Of a stretch of DNA of 64,000 nucleotides, positions 12,801-24,457 are shown one piece after another. Made by a program: the position numbers and the translations under genes. Positions within the stretch are counted from its first letter, which is position 1; every line of letters begins with the position of its first letter. Source of the stretch: Klebsormidium nitens (Eukaryota > Plantae > Klebsormidiophyceae); assembly GCA_000708835.1 (NCBI GenBank), contig DF237132.1, positions 93,424-157,423 of the forward strand, read 5' to 3'. The notes beneath the pieces are model-generated. The model saw only the letters and a list, made by a program, of their open reading frames with translations. It ran no database searches and had not been told where the DNA came from.

Positions 12801-15800
12801 ACTTGCGACACGAGCTGGTTCAGCGAGCCAAGGAGGGGCTGCCACGTGGCGACCATCCCCTCCGCGAGGACCTCGGCGGCGGTGGCGGAGTGGCGGCCCG
12901 CGCCGACGTCGGCTGACGTCAGCAGCTGAAGGAGGTAGGGGGCGACGATGGCGGGGAGGTCGGGGCGAACTAGAGAAGGGTACCTGAGGGGGGCGCGAAG
13001 AACCAATGTTATGGTGGACGAGGGGGACTCTCTCTGAAGAAGGGTTGGTCTGCCACAAAGGGCCATCGAAGTTTGAAGAAAACCCATTGTGAAGCGCGCC
13101 TAGCGCCTTGAGGTATCTGTGTGGATTAGAGCGGTATTGTTGTGTATTGTGGCATCCCCCAACAAAAATCCTGCTCAATGAAGGCAAAGCAGGCTTGTCC
13201 CGAGCTAGAAAGAATAGTCCCTACCGTTCAAATCAAGAACGTGACGCTCAAGTTCAGACTTAAGGAGCTCTTTCATGAGGACGTGCGCAAACCAGCCTAC
13301 AGCCTTTTGAACCTTACGAAGCCACTTTTGTTTGGAAGAAACTGCTCTCCTTACCAGACGGACAGAGCAGCCGCCACGACCACGCGGGCCGCCTTTGCGT
13401 CCTGGCGGGATCCCCCGATCACGCTCGCCCAGTCGTGCCCGTCCTCCGACTCCAGCCATCCGACCACATCCGCCCGGGTGCCCTCCCACCGCTCAACGCC
13501 CCACTCGCCCTTGCCCGGGAAATCTTCTCGGGGCGTGCCAGGCCTGAAAGAGTGATAGAAAATCAGAAACCATCGGACGGAGCGCAGAAGTTTGGAATGG
13601 CTGGGGGACAGTTGAGAACCGTGTCGCTACCGTCTGTCTTTTCGGCGTCGTAAAATAAACGTTCCGAATTCATCGTTGCAATATGCGTAGACCTGTTGGC
13701 GCAAACCCTTTGTCGAACCCCATTCAACGCATTTGAGCTGCCCACAGCTAAATCGTGCAGATTTGAGTTCTTTCGTGTGAAGAACGGACGGTCGCGACAC
13801 GGTTCTGTCCATCGTGAGCTTTTGCAATCCGCCTGCCATGTACCTTCGATCCATTCATTTCTACAACAGGAACGGAAGAGGACTAGAAAGCATGCGATTT
13901 TCTTCGTCAATATGCAGCATGGCCGGCACTTTGCCGCTCGACAAATGATAGGAGGCGCATTTGGGGCTCGCAAAGAAGACGCATGAGACGAGTCCCTTGC
14001 TGAAAGCACCCTCTCGGCACCCTCGTTGTTGCCTCGCTGTGATTTTTCCTAGAATTTGGATTACAAGCAATCACGTGAAGAACGTGCGAGGGAGGGCGAA
14101 TACAAGCGCCTCTCGTTGTCTAGAATTTTGACGGCTTTCCTCACCGGCAGATAAAACTTAGCTTCTTTCTGTCCGCAGCCTCCGCAGCAAACAATCAAGG
14201 GTTTCTACAGGGTAAGCAGCTCTAATCACGTTCTACAACTCCTGGATCTTTGTCGGCCCCAAATCGACTCGGCTCGCTGAAAAGGCTTCGATTTTCACAC
14301 TACGTTTGAGGAGGCGCAGGATACCTCAACCAAGATCACACGATCAACAGAAGACTTTAAAAGACAAAGCAAAAAGGAAAGAGCCGCGGCGCACCTTGAC
14401 GGCGGTCCCCGCAGGAGGTCCGGCAGCGCGCGGAGGGCGGCGTTGTGGAAGAGCGAGCGCGCCGCCTGGCGCAGGTGCTCGCACGAGTCCTGCCAGAAGC
14501 ACGCAAACACCTCCAGCGACGGGGGGGCCATCCCGCGCAGCTTCTCCACCAGGCCGCGGCTGTACTGGGCCGCAAGCATGCTGCACAGAGGACGGAACAA
14601 TCGTTAAGCTTGCGCTTGCATGGAGATATCTCTGTGCGTTCTGGGCATCCGTAGGTACATATTCCACGCCATGCTTCGTTGGTCGATCTCTCCAATGTTC
14701 CATTTCGTCTTTGATTGGCAAGAACTGAGCATGACGCCCAGAAGATCACGCTGGAGGCAGTCTGTCCGGTAACCTGCGACTTGCGCGAACAGGTCCATTT
14801 CTGCTTCTTGCGCAAGTCGCAATACATCTCGGGACCTGAAACCCTGGAAGGACGACAAGCTTCTATTTGCCTGCACATATTAGCACCTTTGTGATAGTGC
14901 GGACTGAACAAAGATTTAGTTACCCGCCAATCCAGTTACACATCCGCTGCATGCGCGACCTTGTCCTCTCACTTCTGATGCATGTCTAGCTAGCTGACTG
15001 GAAACTGCCACCAGACTCCGCGCAACTCAGCGACCCGAGACGGTCGGACCCCCTGCAGGATTCCCACAACCAATGACGCACCTGCACGCCCCGCGCGCGT
15101 TCTTGGACAGCAGCATGAGCCGCTGCGCGAGCGCGACCATCGTGAGCGCGCGCACCGCCGAGAACTCGGGGCTCGCGCGCCAGAACTCGTGCCGGCTGCG
15201 GGGGGCCGGGAACAGCAGCGTCATCGCCCCCTTGTCGCCCATCAGCCCCGGCCCGATACGCAAATCTTCTCCCGGGGGGGTCACCCCGAGCACGTCTTTC
15301 AGCTGTTGATCCAGGTCGGGGGACACCCCCCAAAGGTGCAGGAACGCGAGCGACATGCGCAGCGCACTCCCCTCGACCGACCACAGCTTGTTCTCGTCCG
15401 TCGCTTTTTGTTCTGCCAGGGCGGCCGACAAGCCCCCCTTGCCGGGGGTCTGGGGCTTGGCGCCGTCGGAAGGTTTGGGCGAGGGGCCGGGGGTGCCGAG
15501 GTCCGAAGAGATGCCCGCCAGTTCGGGGGCCATGAGCATCATAAGATCGTACTGTAGAGCGGCGACCCCCGGGAGGGGGCACGTGCCCCGGATCGGCTGC
15601 TGGGGGGTCCGCACGTCTGCCACGTTCGCCCCCTCTTTCACGCGCGGTTTGGGCCCCCCGCTGACGTCACCGCCGCCCCCCCGATCCCCCGCCTTCGACA
15701 CCAGGTTCGAGAACGCGGTCTTCAAGCCGGGAGCGTCGTCCTTGCCTCCGCCGGTGAAGAGCGCCGTCAGATTCGACGCACTGCCCAGCGACGTGAGCCC

Positions 15801-18800
15801 GGTGCCAGTCGATCCCTGGGCAGCGCCACTGGCCCCGCTTGACACCGCCGGCGGCGCGGACCCCCCCGGGGGACTGACCGCAATCACCTCCGCAGTCGGA
15901 ATCGCGAGCGCTGCCGTCGTGTTTCCCCCCATCGCGGAACCTGCCCCCGAGTTTGCCCCGATCGTCGTGACGCTTATTCCCGAACCCGCCCGCACCCGCG
16001 TGCCGAGGAACGAGAAAAGCGAATGCGCGGCCGAGCCACGGAGGTGCCGGTCCCGGCTCCCGGAATGGAGGTCCCAGATGTACAGCACGTCATGAGTTCC
16101 GCTAGAGTCCGGGCAGCAGAGGCAGGCGAGGTAGCCGCGCTTGCCGTCCCAAACGCAGGCGCGGGGGGGTGCCACGTGGCCGGGAAAGATGCGCTCGCAG
16201 CGCAGGGTTTCGAGGGACGAGAGCGCTACAGTGGCGTCATCAGAGACGGTGCAGAAGGAAGAGGCCCAGGGAGAGGGGGTGCCGGCGGGGGGGAGCAGCA
16301 GGGCACGGACCTGAACAAGGGAAGAACTGAATTGTCAAGATAGACAAATGCTTCGCTCAGATTGATTTCGCTCAGTATCTTCTTTCTAGTTTCGAAGGAA
16401 TTCGTCGTGGACACAGCATTCTTGAAGACGTCTTGACGTTGAGACGATCCAATCATGTCCTTAGAGAAGCGAGGAAGGGCTTCCAGAGTTACGAAGGGCG
16501 TCGAAGTACTTCGGCTGAAAAGGTAGCAGAACGGGTACTTGGCTCAATGCATATGCCGGGAAGAAGGTGATGTAGTGACCGTGCAGTTAGCCTAACTCTT
16601 TGTAAAGCTGAGAAACATGATCCGGAAAAACGCAGTCCTTCATACACTTGCGAGAGAAGCAATCCAGTGAAACCCACCGGCCCGACATGCTGGCGGAAAA
16701 CCGCGAGCGCAGCGCCCGCCCTGGAGACGTCCCACGCGCGCACCGTCCAGTCGAGGCTCCCCGAAAGTAGCACCCGGCCATGCCCCACATTTAGAGATGG
16801 GGGGGCCTTTTGCTCGGCCAGGCAAAGGACGGCTGCCCCGTGGCCCTCTAGACTGAGCACCCCCTGGTTTGATTCTCTACCCCCCTGAAGCGTTCCAGGG
16901 GGGCTCGCTACCAGCGAAAAGATTCTGATCAGCCCGTCCGCGTAGCCCCTGACCAGGCACGTGGGGGAGAACGCGCCGCCCCCAATCAAAAGGGAGGAAG
17001 TCACTGGTGGCGTCGACGCCTGTTCGAATGTTCCCGCATCTTTTTCTGGTGCTTGAACTGGTTCGGATGAAGGATCCGACTTTCCGACCAACAAACTGCT
17101 GCCCTCTCGAAGGAGCCCCCCCGGTTCTGAATATGCCCACCCGTCTGCTAGACGCGCTTCCTCCACAAGTTCCGCTGCAGGGGGTTGACTTCCCTGCTTT
17201 TCCAAGGCCCCCGAAGAAAGCGGAGGCAGCTTCCACAGGGTAACGCTCGGGTTTGCGCCCCATCCCCCCTCTACAACCGTAGGGCCAACCGTCACCCGGG
17301 CGACGACCCTGCCCGCCACCTGGCAGAACCGGCAGCTGCTGACATCATCCTCCGTCGTCGCCTGCGGGATGCTCGCCACCGCGGACAGGCTCGCCGGATT
17401 CAGTTCTTTCCCGTTTGGGGCCGAGTCTGGATGAGAGTCGGTGGAAAGAAGCCCGACTTGAAGGCTAGAGATGTCGTAGACGACTGCGCCTCCCGCTTCG
17501 TCCCACAGAAGGAGCCGATCCGCGGAGGCGGAGCTTTCCCCTTGACGCAAGAAGAGCGCACCTTGCCAGGCAGAGCCGCCGTCCCTCGTCTCCCGAGCCA
17601 GGACCTTTGCCCCCTCGACCAATCTCACCTCCCAGAAGTTTTGTCCCACCACGGCCACTAACCTTCCGTCAGGCGACACGGCAGCCGAGACACCAGGTTG
17701 TGAATCCCCTCCCCCTGTGAGATCACCGTCCTCCTGTTTCGATTCAGCTTTCTGCTTGCCTGCGTCTGCTTTCGGGCTCTTAGCCTGCGGCTCTTTCCGA
17801 CCGGCCCCTCCTGCAATACCCCACCACACCTGGACCCCCCCGCGCGCGTCCGCCGCCACCAAGGTGTGGCACGCCGCCGTTTCGTAATCGAGGGCGGCCA
17901 CCAATGACTTCACAGGGCCGATTCCCAGCACTCCGTGTGCCACCGTTTGCACCACGGCTAGTGTCGCCGTGTCTACAATCAAAACCACCCCCCTGCCGGA
18001 CCCCCCCCTTTGCGAAGCAGAGGCCCCCGTTGGCGCGATGCCCCCCAGGCCCAGCCCTGACGCCCCCTCGCAAGCAACCGACACGTAGCGCCGTTCCTTG
18101 CCAAGCACGGCAGACGCTTCGGGGACCCCCGCCCAGGGGGGGAGGCGCCGCCTCCGTCGGCAGCGGCCAGTCCCGATGTCCCACACGCACAGTGTGCCGT
18201 CTACACACAAGCTTAGCAGAGCCTCGTCGTCGCCCCCCAGGCCCCCCGACGTTTCGCTCTCGATGCTAGACCTCCGGCGCTGCTCTAGGCGTTCGGCCTC
18301 CTCATAAGCTGCCATTGGAGATGAGGACGGTCCGCCGGAATCGAGAGCCCCCATTTCGAGGCTCCTGTTGCTGGCGTCCGATAGGAATGATTTTTTTTCT
18401 GAAGAAGGACGGTCAGAGAGATCTGCAGACTCTGCACTGGTGCGGCGGCTGACATTGCTGCTGGCGGCGCTGATGCGCCGACCGCTGGTGTCAAGGAAGG
18501 TGACCTGTTTGACTGAGCTCCGGCGCGGGGGGCGGGTGTCTGTGCCGGCGCTGTCGGAACCGTCCGAAGGTTGGCAGATTGCCAGGGCTGAGATGGCCGC
18601 GGAGTGGCCGCAGAGCATTGCCACTGGCCAGAGAGACTGCATAACGCGGACATTATGGAATTATTTAGCAAGTTTGACGTCTTGAGTGCCAGGTTTTGGT
18701 CTGAAGCAGAGTTCAATCCGCGCCCTGTGATTTGCCTGATTTAGCAGTTGAGCTGAAGATTTGGTTGTCCTTGCAACAGAAGATGGCGCAGGCTGATATG

Positions 18801-19198
18801 CTGGCTGATGTGAAAAGAAGGGAGGTAAACCCCTTTCAGGAAGAAGCAACCCTTCAGATCTTCTTGCAAAAAAGCAACGAAGAAGCTATCAGTACGTGCA
18901 ATGACAACCATGAGCAACAATGCTGAGTCTGCAACAGCAAAATTGGATCCTTGCAAGCCACCTCTAAGATGCTTTCCAGCATAGGGTCATCATCCGGTCA
19001 ACCCCTTACCTTCTGTGCATGTCCATCATTTGGCCCCTCGTTTAGATCAAGCACCTCTCCTTCCACCCGCCAATTCAGAATGCCACCATCAGCAGCCCCC
19101 GTCCAAATGGAACGCCATCCAGACGATGCAAGAACACACGTGACGGCGTGCTCAGGGGGAGCCTCTGGCCACAAGGCCTGAGGCAAGATGCACCGCAT
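9811..19198 (-). CDS. WDR7: WD40-repeat protein, WDR7/Rabconnectin-3beta-like (plant type), multi-exon
   Basis: The N-terminus MRCILPQALWPEAPPEHAVTCV...IWTGAADGGILNWRV and LWPVAMLCGHSAAISALAIC are typical of the WDR7 family start. WD repeats: LSLCVDGTLCVWDIGTG and LEGHGAAVLCL...LLSGSLDWTVRAWDV. Further motifs: CLCC...DVLYIWDLHSG, RLAVGD...IDVYDLQ and AVCFSSDGEGVVAYS...LRWWNLG. Large exons lie in ORFs 16489-18642, 15027-16175, 12536-13087, 11531-11851, 10468-10824 and 9811-10281. Confidence 0.88.
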
Positions 19199-19939
19199 GG
19201 CTGATCCCCGAAACCTCTTGGTGAGGACTCAATTGGGGCAAACTGCTTCCATGCTTCGTCCGGTCCTGCAATTGCTCTACTCCACCCTGATCTTAGAACC
19301 AACTACGGTTTTGCAGAGAAGCTTCTATCAGACGCGGCTGAACGAGCAGGCTCTGCCAGGCTCTGCCAGGCTGGGCAAGGGCGCCATTGGCGTGGTTGCT
19401 TCTGCCATCATCGTGATCAAGCATCAATCATGCAGCTACAGTACCCAAGGCTGTACAGCAGTGCAGGCTTCAGCCAACTCGAGAGCTTTCCAAACCCTAA
19501 TTTCAAAAGTTCACTGTACGGCACAGGCCCCTTCCGAGGCGCTTCCTTCAGCACCTCGTCACCCGGTGGAACTTGCGAGGCGCTGCTTCTCCACACAGCG
19601 TTTTTGACTTGCCCTGGTGTCCAAAACGACAGCAGGATGCACAGATTCTTTGCTCAGAGCTAGCCTCTAGCTGCTCTTCAATTTTGCAATCTTGAGCCCT
19701 TCAAGAGGCTTCAAGTTGAGCATGCGAATTGCAGGATCAGCACTGTGACGGCCATGATCCTGTAGGCATTCCACCTCACATGAGCAAGGGGCTTCACTAC
19801 CGTCTTCTTGAGATTGCAGCGATCTCCGTCTGGAAAAAACAAGTTTGATCAACAGCTGTGGTGGCGGGCAGCGAAACTTCAGTAGGCGGATCGAAAGCAT
19901 TCAGGAACCTGTGCTGCATGCGTTTGATTACTACCTAGC

Positions 19940-22900
19940 ATGGCCACGTTTGTTCAGAAGCATGTCTCCCAGCAATTGAGGATGTTGCAGCTCTCAAGGC
20001 AGCATTGTACATTAAGAGCCTTCCCCTTGATGACTTTTAAGCACGCAACTTTGAGAGGGCATCAGGCTTTGCACCACCAACAGAGGCATTGCCTCTTCAC
20101 AAACACAGACAAGTCTAGCATCTTCATACAACAATCAGGGGCCAGAGAAGGAATGCTTGTGAAGCGGAATAAGGTTCTCTATCCATCAGCCAGGGGGCCG
20201 AGGGAAGGGCAATCCGTGAGTGACCTGGTCTCAGGTGAGCCTTGAATGCAACTTTGGGTGTCACAGGGAGACAACTGTTTGCACTAAAAGCAATGCCCTA
20301 GTGCAAAGACAAAGGGGCGACTGCATTCATTTTATGCTCAAACAAAGCATTCTCCTAACGCTCCATCACCACCTTTACTCATGAAGGTTATTTGCAGTTC
20401 AGCATGTAGCCTGGATCAAGTGCTGAGGGCCGGCACACTCGCTATGCTGGTGTACCACTAGTAAGTGAATGGAACTAGTGGTGCCATCTTGGTGGCTTGA
20501 CACTCTTTGTTCTCCCCAACCAAGTGTTGAGATTGTCTTCATCTGGTTGCACAGACACGGAATTGAATGAGCCGAAGGACTTTGAGCACCTGGCAGACTC
20601 GGACGGGCTCCTGTCCATTGTTGGCTTCGGTTCTCTGCTTTCAAGTAAGTGTTCTTTCCTTTCACCCTGCCTCCGAAAGAACCATTGCCCTCAAAGGAAT
20701 GGTCCAATAGTTGTCAAAAGCGTGTGTCACCATCAGACTTGTCCCAGAGCAAGCATAAGAAATTGTGTTCGGTTTTGCCAAGGATTCCACAAGTTTCAAA
20801 TAAGTCTGCGGAATACATCACAGCGACGTACGTCTTGGAGGCGGTGCCCCCTGCATATCTTCCTAAAAGCTTCTCACACGCAGAATCTTCTCATCTGCGC
20901 TTGAAAGTCACATCAGGAATGTGTACTAGGAACATTGATCATCACGGAGAAGCTGAGTCCTAAACTCTGCTTGTCATCCACGGTCATTCAACCTCTGTCC
21001 TCCCAATCACAGTAAGGAGCGCTAAGTACACTTTTCCGGACCTGCAAAACTTTCGAGTGGCTCGCCTGGACGGCTTTCGGCGGGTGTTTGCACATGTGGC
21101 CCCTGTTTTCCTGGTCAGGGGCATAGCCAACCTGGAGACTAGGGTAAGAGCGTCCGCAGGATCGCTTTCAAACATCTAATGCGAAGTCGTTTTCGCCCCC
21201 TGAACAGCAGAAATGTATGTGACCAAAGAGGGGCTTGCAACACCTTATACGTGGGTCCATGTTACAAGGCCTTCAATGATGCGGAGGGGCCTCAGCTCGT
21301 ACCATGCGCCATTTGTGTCTCTCCTGTCACAGTGTGTGGAACACGAAAAAAGGAAATCTGTTTATTGTTCAGATTTCATGGGTCGTACGTTCTTTAAGGC
21401 CTCCAACTAACGCAATGATAAGGAGACATGGCGGCGCCTTGATATTTGCAGGAGATGTCGAGCTTGAGCGTTGAACCATGCAGAGGGGAGTCGATCGTCG
21501 TCACCATGTTTGAGATCGATATCTCTGAGGTAAGCTGAATGGTCCTTCAGAAGATTGGCAAGTCATGGAGCCGCGTTTTCCATCCCCGTTTGCTAAGCAG
21601 AAGTAATAGCTACTGTTGTTTTGATCGAACAAGAGAGCAGTGCTCGAAGATACACCGGTTGCGCAATGGATTGCCTTTCCCGAAAATCTATCCCGATGAA
21701 TATCTTAGCCCCTCGATCGCTTGGATCACCTTAAGAACCTGCGTTTGCATGCTAGGTAAATGCGGACGTCAAGGCTTGTCGTCAGCGATTTGTTGTGCCT
21801 GTCCGGGCCTGGCGCTCTCTCATTCGTCCCTTTATCCTTCCGTTTTTTCCAAACTCCAGGTTCCTGCCTTTATCGAGCGGGAGCACGAGTTCCGCTTCCT
21901 TAGAGTCTATCCCCAAAGCGTCGGCTCGACCAGCCTCAGGCCAGCGGTGAGGTCTTGACTCAAGAAGTAACGCAATCGAAAGAATACGCGCAGCTGTACA
22001 AGTCTGACTCAGTCAGGCGTCTGCTGAAGCATGTGCGAGGGGTTACTCAGATGCATGTGGTTTCTCCTTTTGCGCTTTCTGATACAAGATTTTCATAAGC
22101 AATTCGGCATGGGCACTGTCGTCTGCATCCGGCCATACAGCGCGCTTTTTCTGTCCACAACTTTGGGTTTCCTGACTTCGCTTATCTGTCCGTGGCCGTG
22201 TTTCGATACGCAGGTGGTTTGCAGCCGGTATAGCGACGAGGAGTACCGCCAAGTACGCTGCAAAGGCAGGTAAACCGCCCTCCAAAAACTGCACCGCAGA
22301 CACTGCGATCGTGTAAGTAGGGAAGCCGTTCAAAGCAAGTTGTGAATTGCGGCATTCCCATGTCGAGTGAATAGCGAGCTCCCTCCGCATTCAAGACGTT
22401 TCCACAATGTCATCTTTCCGCAAACAATTTCATGACGGCGTTGCTTTTGATAGTTCTGACTGATGGGCCTGGAGCTCCAGCATTTTTTCGCAAACCATGG
22501 CCTTCGTCCCCCTTTTGGTGCTCTGCGTGTTTCAAGCCGTCCCTTCAATTTCCGATTTCGGTACAGGTAGCGAGGAGGAGTTCGAACGACGGTACGGCCG
22601 TTTTGGAATCCAGCGGATCTGGGTTGATGACGTGCTTCCATGTCGGACTTACCTACGGCACTGGTAAGGGCCAAGGACCTATCTCCTAGAGCTTATATAG
22701 CCGTGCCGGAACTTGTGCCTCTGGCTGTGATTTCCACTCACCTTTATTTCGTCGTCGTGCATGTTGAGAGGCTTGTCGCAGTTTAGTCTCGTCTTTCTCC
22801 TGAGCCTGGCTACTCGAGCAAGCAGATGCTGCGTCGTATTGAATCGACATTCTGGAGAAACAGGAGCAAAAGAGGGTGGTCTCGTCTTGCCTTCAGCAAC

Positions 22901-23104
22901 AAGACCATCTCTAACTGCCGTTCTCAAACTTATGTCTTCAGTGTGCTTGCGGCTCAGAACCTGTCGCCGGAGGCTTACGCCAGCTTCTTGGACCACACGT
23001 TCCTGGCTGATAGACGCACCACTATCAGGCAGCACTTACAAGCTGACCCGCAGATCATGCTCGAACTCCCCCCACCGGAGTTGGCTGAAAGATACGGGGG
23101 GTAG
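19940..23104 (+). CDS. Conserved plant/algal protein with a gamma-glutamylcyclotransferase-like N-terminal motif and a probable organellar transit peptide
   Basis: Spliced peptides: ...DTELNEPKDFEHLADSDGLLSIVGFGSLLS / FPDLQNFRVARLDGFRRVFAHVAPVFLVRGIANLETR / EMSSLSVEPCRGESIVVTMFEISISE / VPAFIEREHEFRFLRVYP / VVCSRYSDEEYRQVRCKG / SEEEFERRYGRFGIQRIWVDDVLPCRTYLRHC / VLAAQNLSPEAYASFLDHTFLADRRTTIRQHL...ELAERYGG*. The GFGSL motif resembles GGCT/ChaC-fold proteins. First exon 19940-20235 joins in phase but is less certain. Confidence 0.78.
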
Positions 23105-24457
23105 GGCAGAACAAAGACTCTTCTCGGATCGAAACAACAGCCTTCAAGGTACTTGGCAAATGTTTCTCTGACGATACGAATCTACATGGGGCTGGGCAGT
23201 CCTTCCGATCCACTGATAAGTTATATTGATAAGCTCAGATACGAGTTGACGAATTACAGGTTCCTCAAGATTGGCAAGCAGGTTGTGTAGCTTCGTTCAT
23301 TATCAGGAACATTACTCGTCACATGCAGCTTCCGTCAAGGACTGAAGGAATGTTCCGAATAATCTGCAATCATGCATTGCATATGCATACGGCCCAATGT
23401 ATCAATTCTATCTTGCACGGTCGTGTGACATAAGGATCGGACTAGCTAGAACATCTAGCTTGATCTAACCTTGTAATGCACAAGAGTTCGAATACTCTCA
23501 CCGCCACAGTACTTATTTTTTAACCAAGGGTAGCTCAGCTTCATCGTCGTTGCCTATCCCGAGCCAGGATCGGACCTGGTCCTAAACGGACCAGTTTGGA
23601 ACCAGGTAAAGGTCAAGATGCCGCTCCTTCTGCACAATCAACTCTTGGCGTGAGTCGCTCAGGGATGCCTTCTCTCTTCATGCAGTCACTATTTTGCTCA
23701 TGTACTAGCTATTCAGCTGCGGCTTAACCGCTCATGTGCTACACTTGTCTAAGCTTGCACTCGGGTTTTGATTGCATGCTTCGGGCAACCGTTGGATGGC
23801 GATAGTGCAACACGAGAAACTCTCCTGTACATGACAATCTCTCTTGTTGTCCGAACGTTGTAAAAATTACCATCTGACGCGTTTGCAAGCGTACCTTACT
23901 GCCCAACTTGCTTGCAATTTCAGTTGATGTCTATGATTTGATCTCCACAATACCGTCATACATGCATGCACGCTGCGCGGTTAGACTGCACTTGCCAAGG
24001 ATCCTCAACCGTGCCAGACGAGAATATGTCCGACGCCGGCGATCGAGTATACAACCCAGCGGCACACGCCGACAGAGGTGCATGGGCTGCCAGGCAGCTC
24101 ACAATATGGTCGGACGTGCAACATCATGCATCTGCGATTTCCCCTCTTTGAGAAAAAAAAAGCTGATTGCTGATCAGCGGCTAGAGTACGTCCAACCTTC
24201 ATGATCAATCGAATACTGAAGCGCAGATCCGCATATCCGCATATCCGCAAGTCTTGCGACTGGTAACGATCATGCAGTGGAGCGACAGAAGGCTGTCCTA
24301 TGTAAGAATAGCCGACGACCTTCTCACGAAGCTACCGTCCTGTCAACAGAAGCTGCTTCGCATCAGCATGGAAGTCTCAAGTTGGACTGGTATGGAAACG
24401 CCCTTCAATGCTTACTTGTGCTAAAGAGCAGAGATTGATCCTCTGTACTTTGCACCG

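Noticed and set aside
12250-18720. Many long plus-strand and alternate-frame ORFs (e.g. 15355-16095, 17185-17661, 14986-15582)
   Set aside because: These are shadow ORFs of the GC-rich WDR7 exons. They are Pro/Arg/Ala-rich and have no domain motifs.
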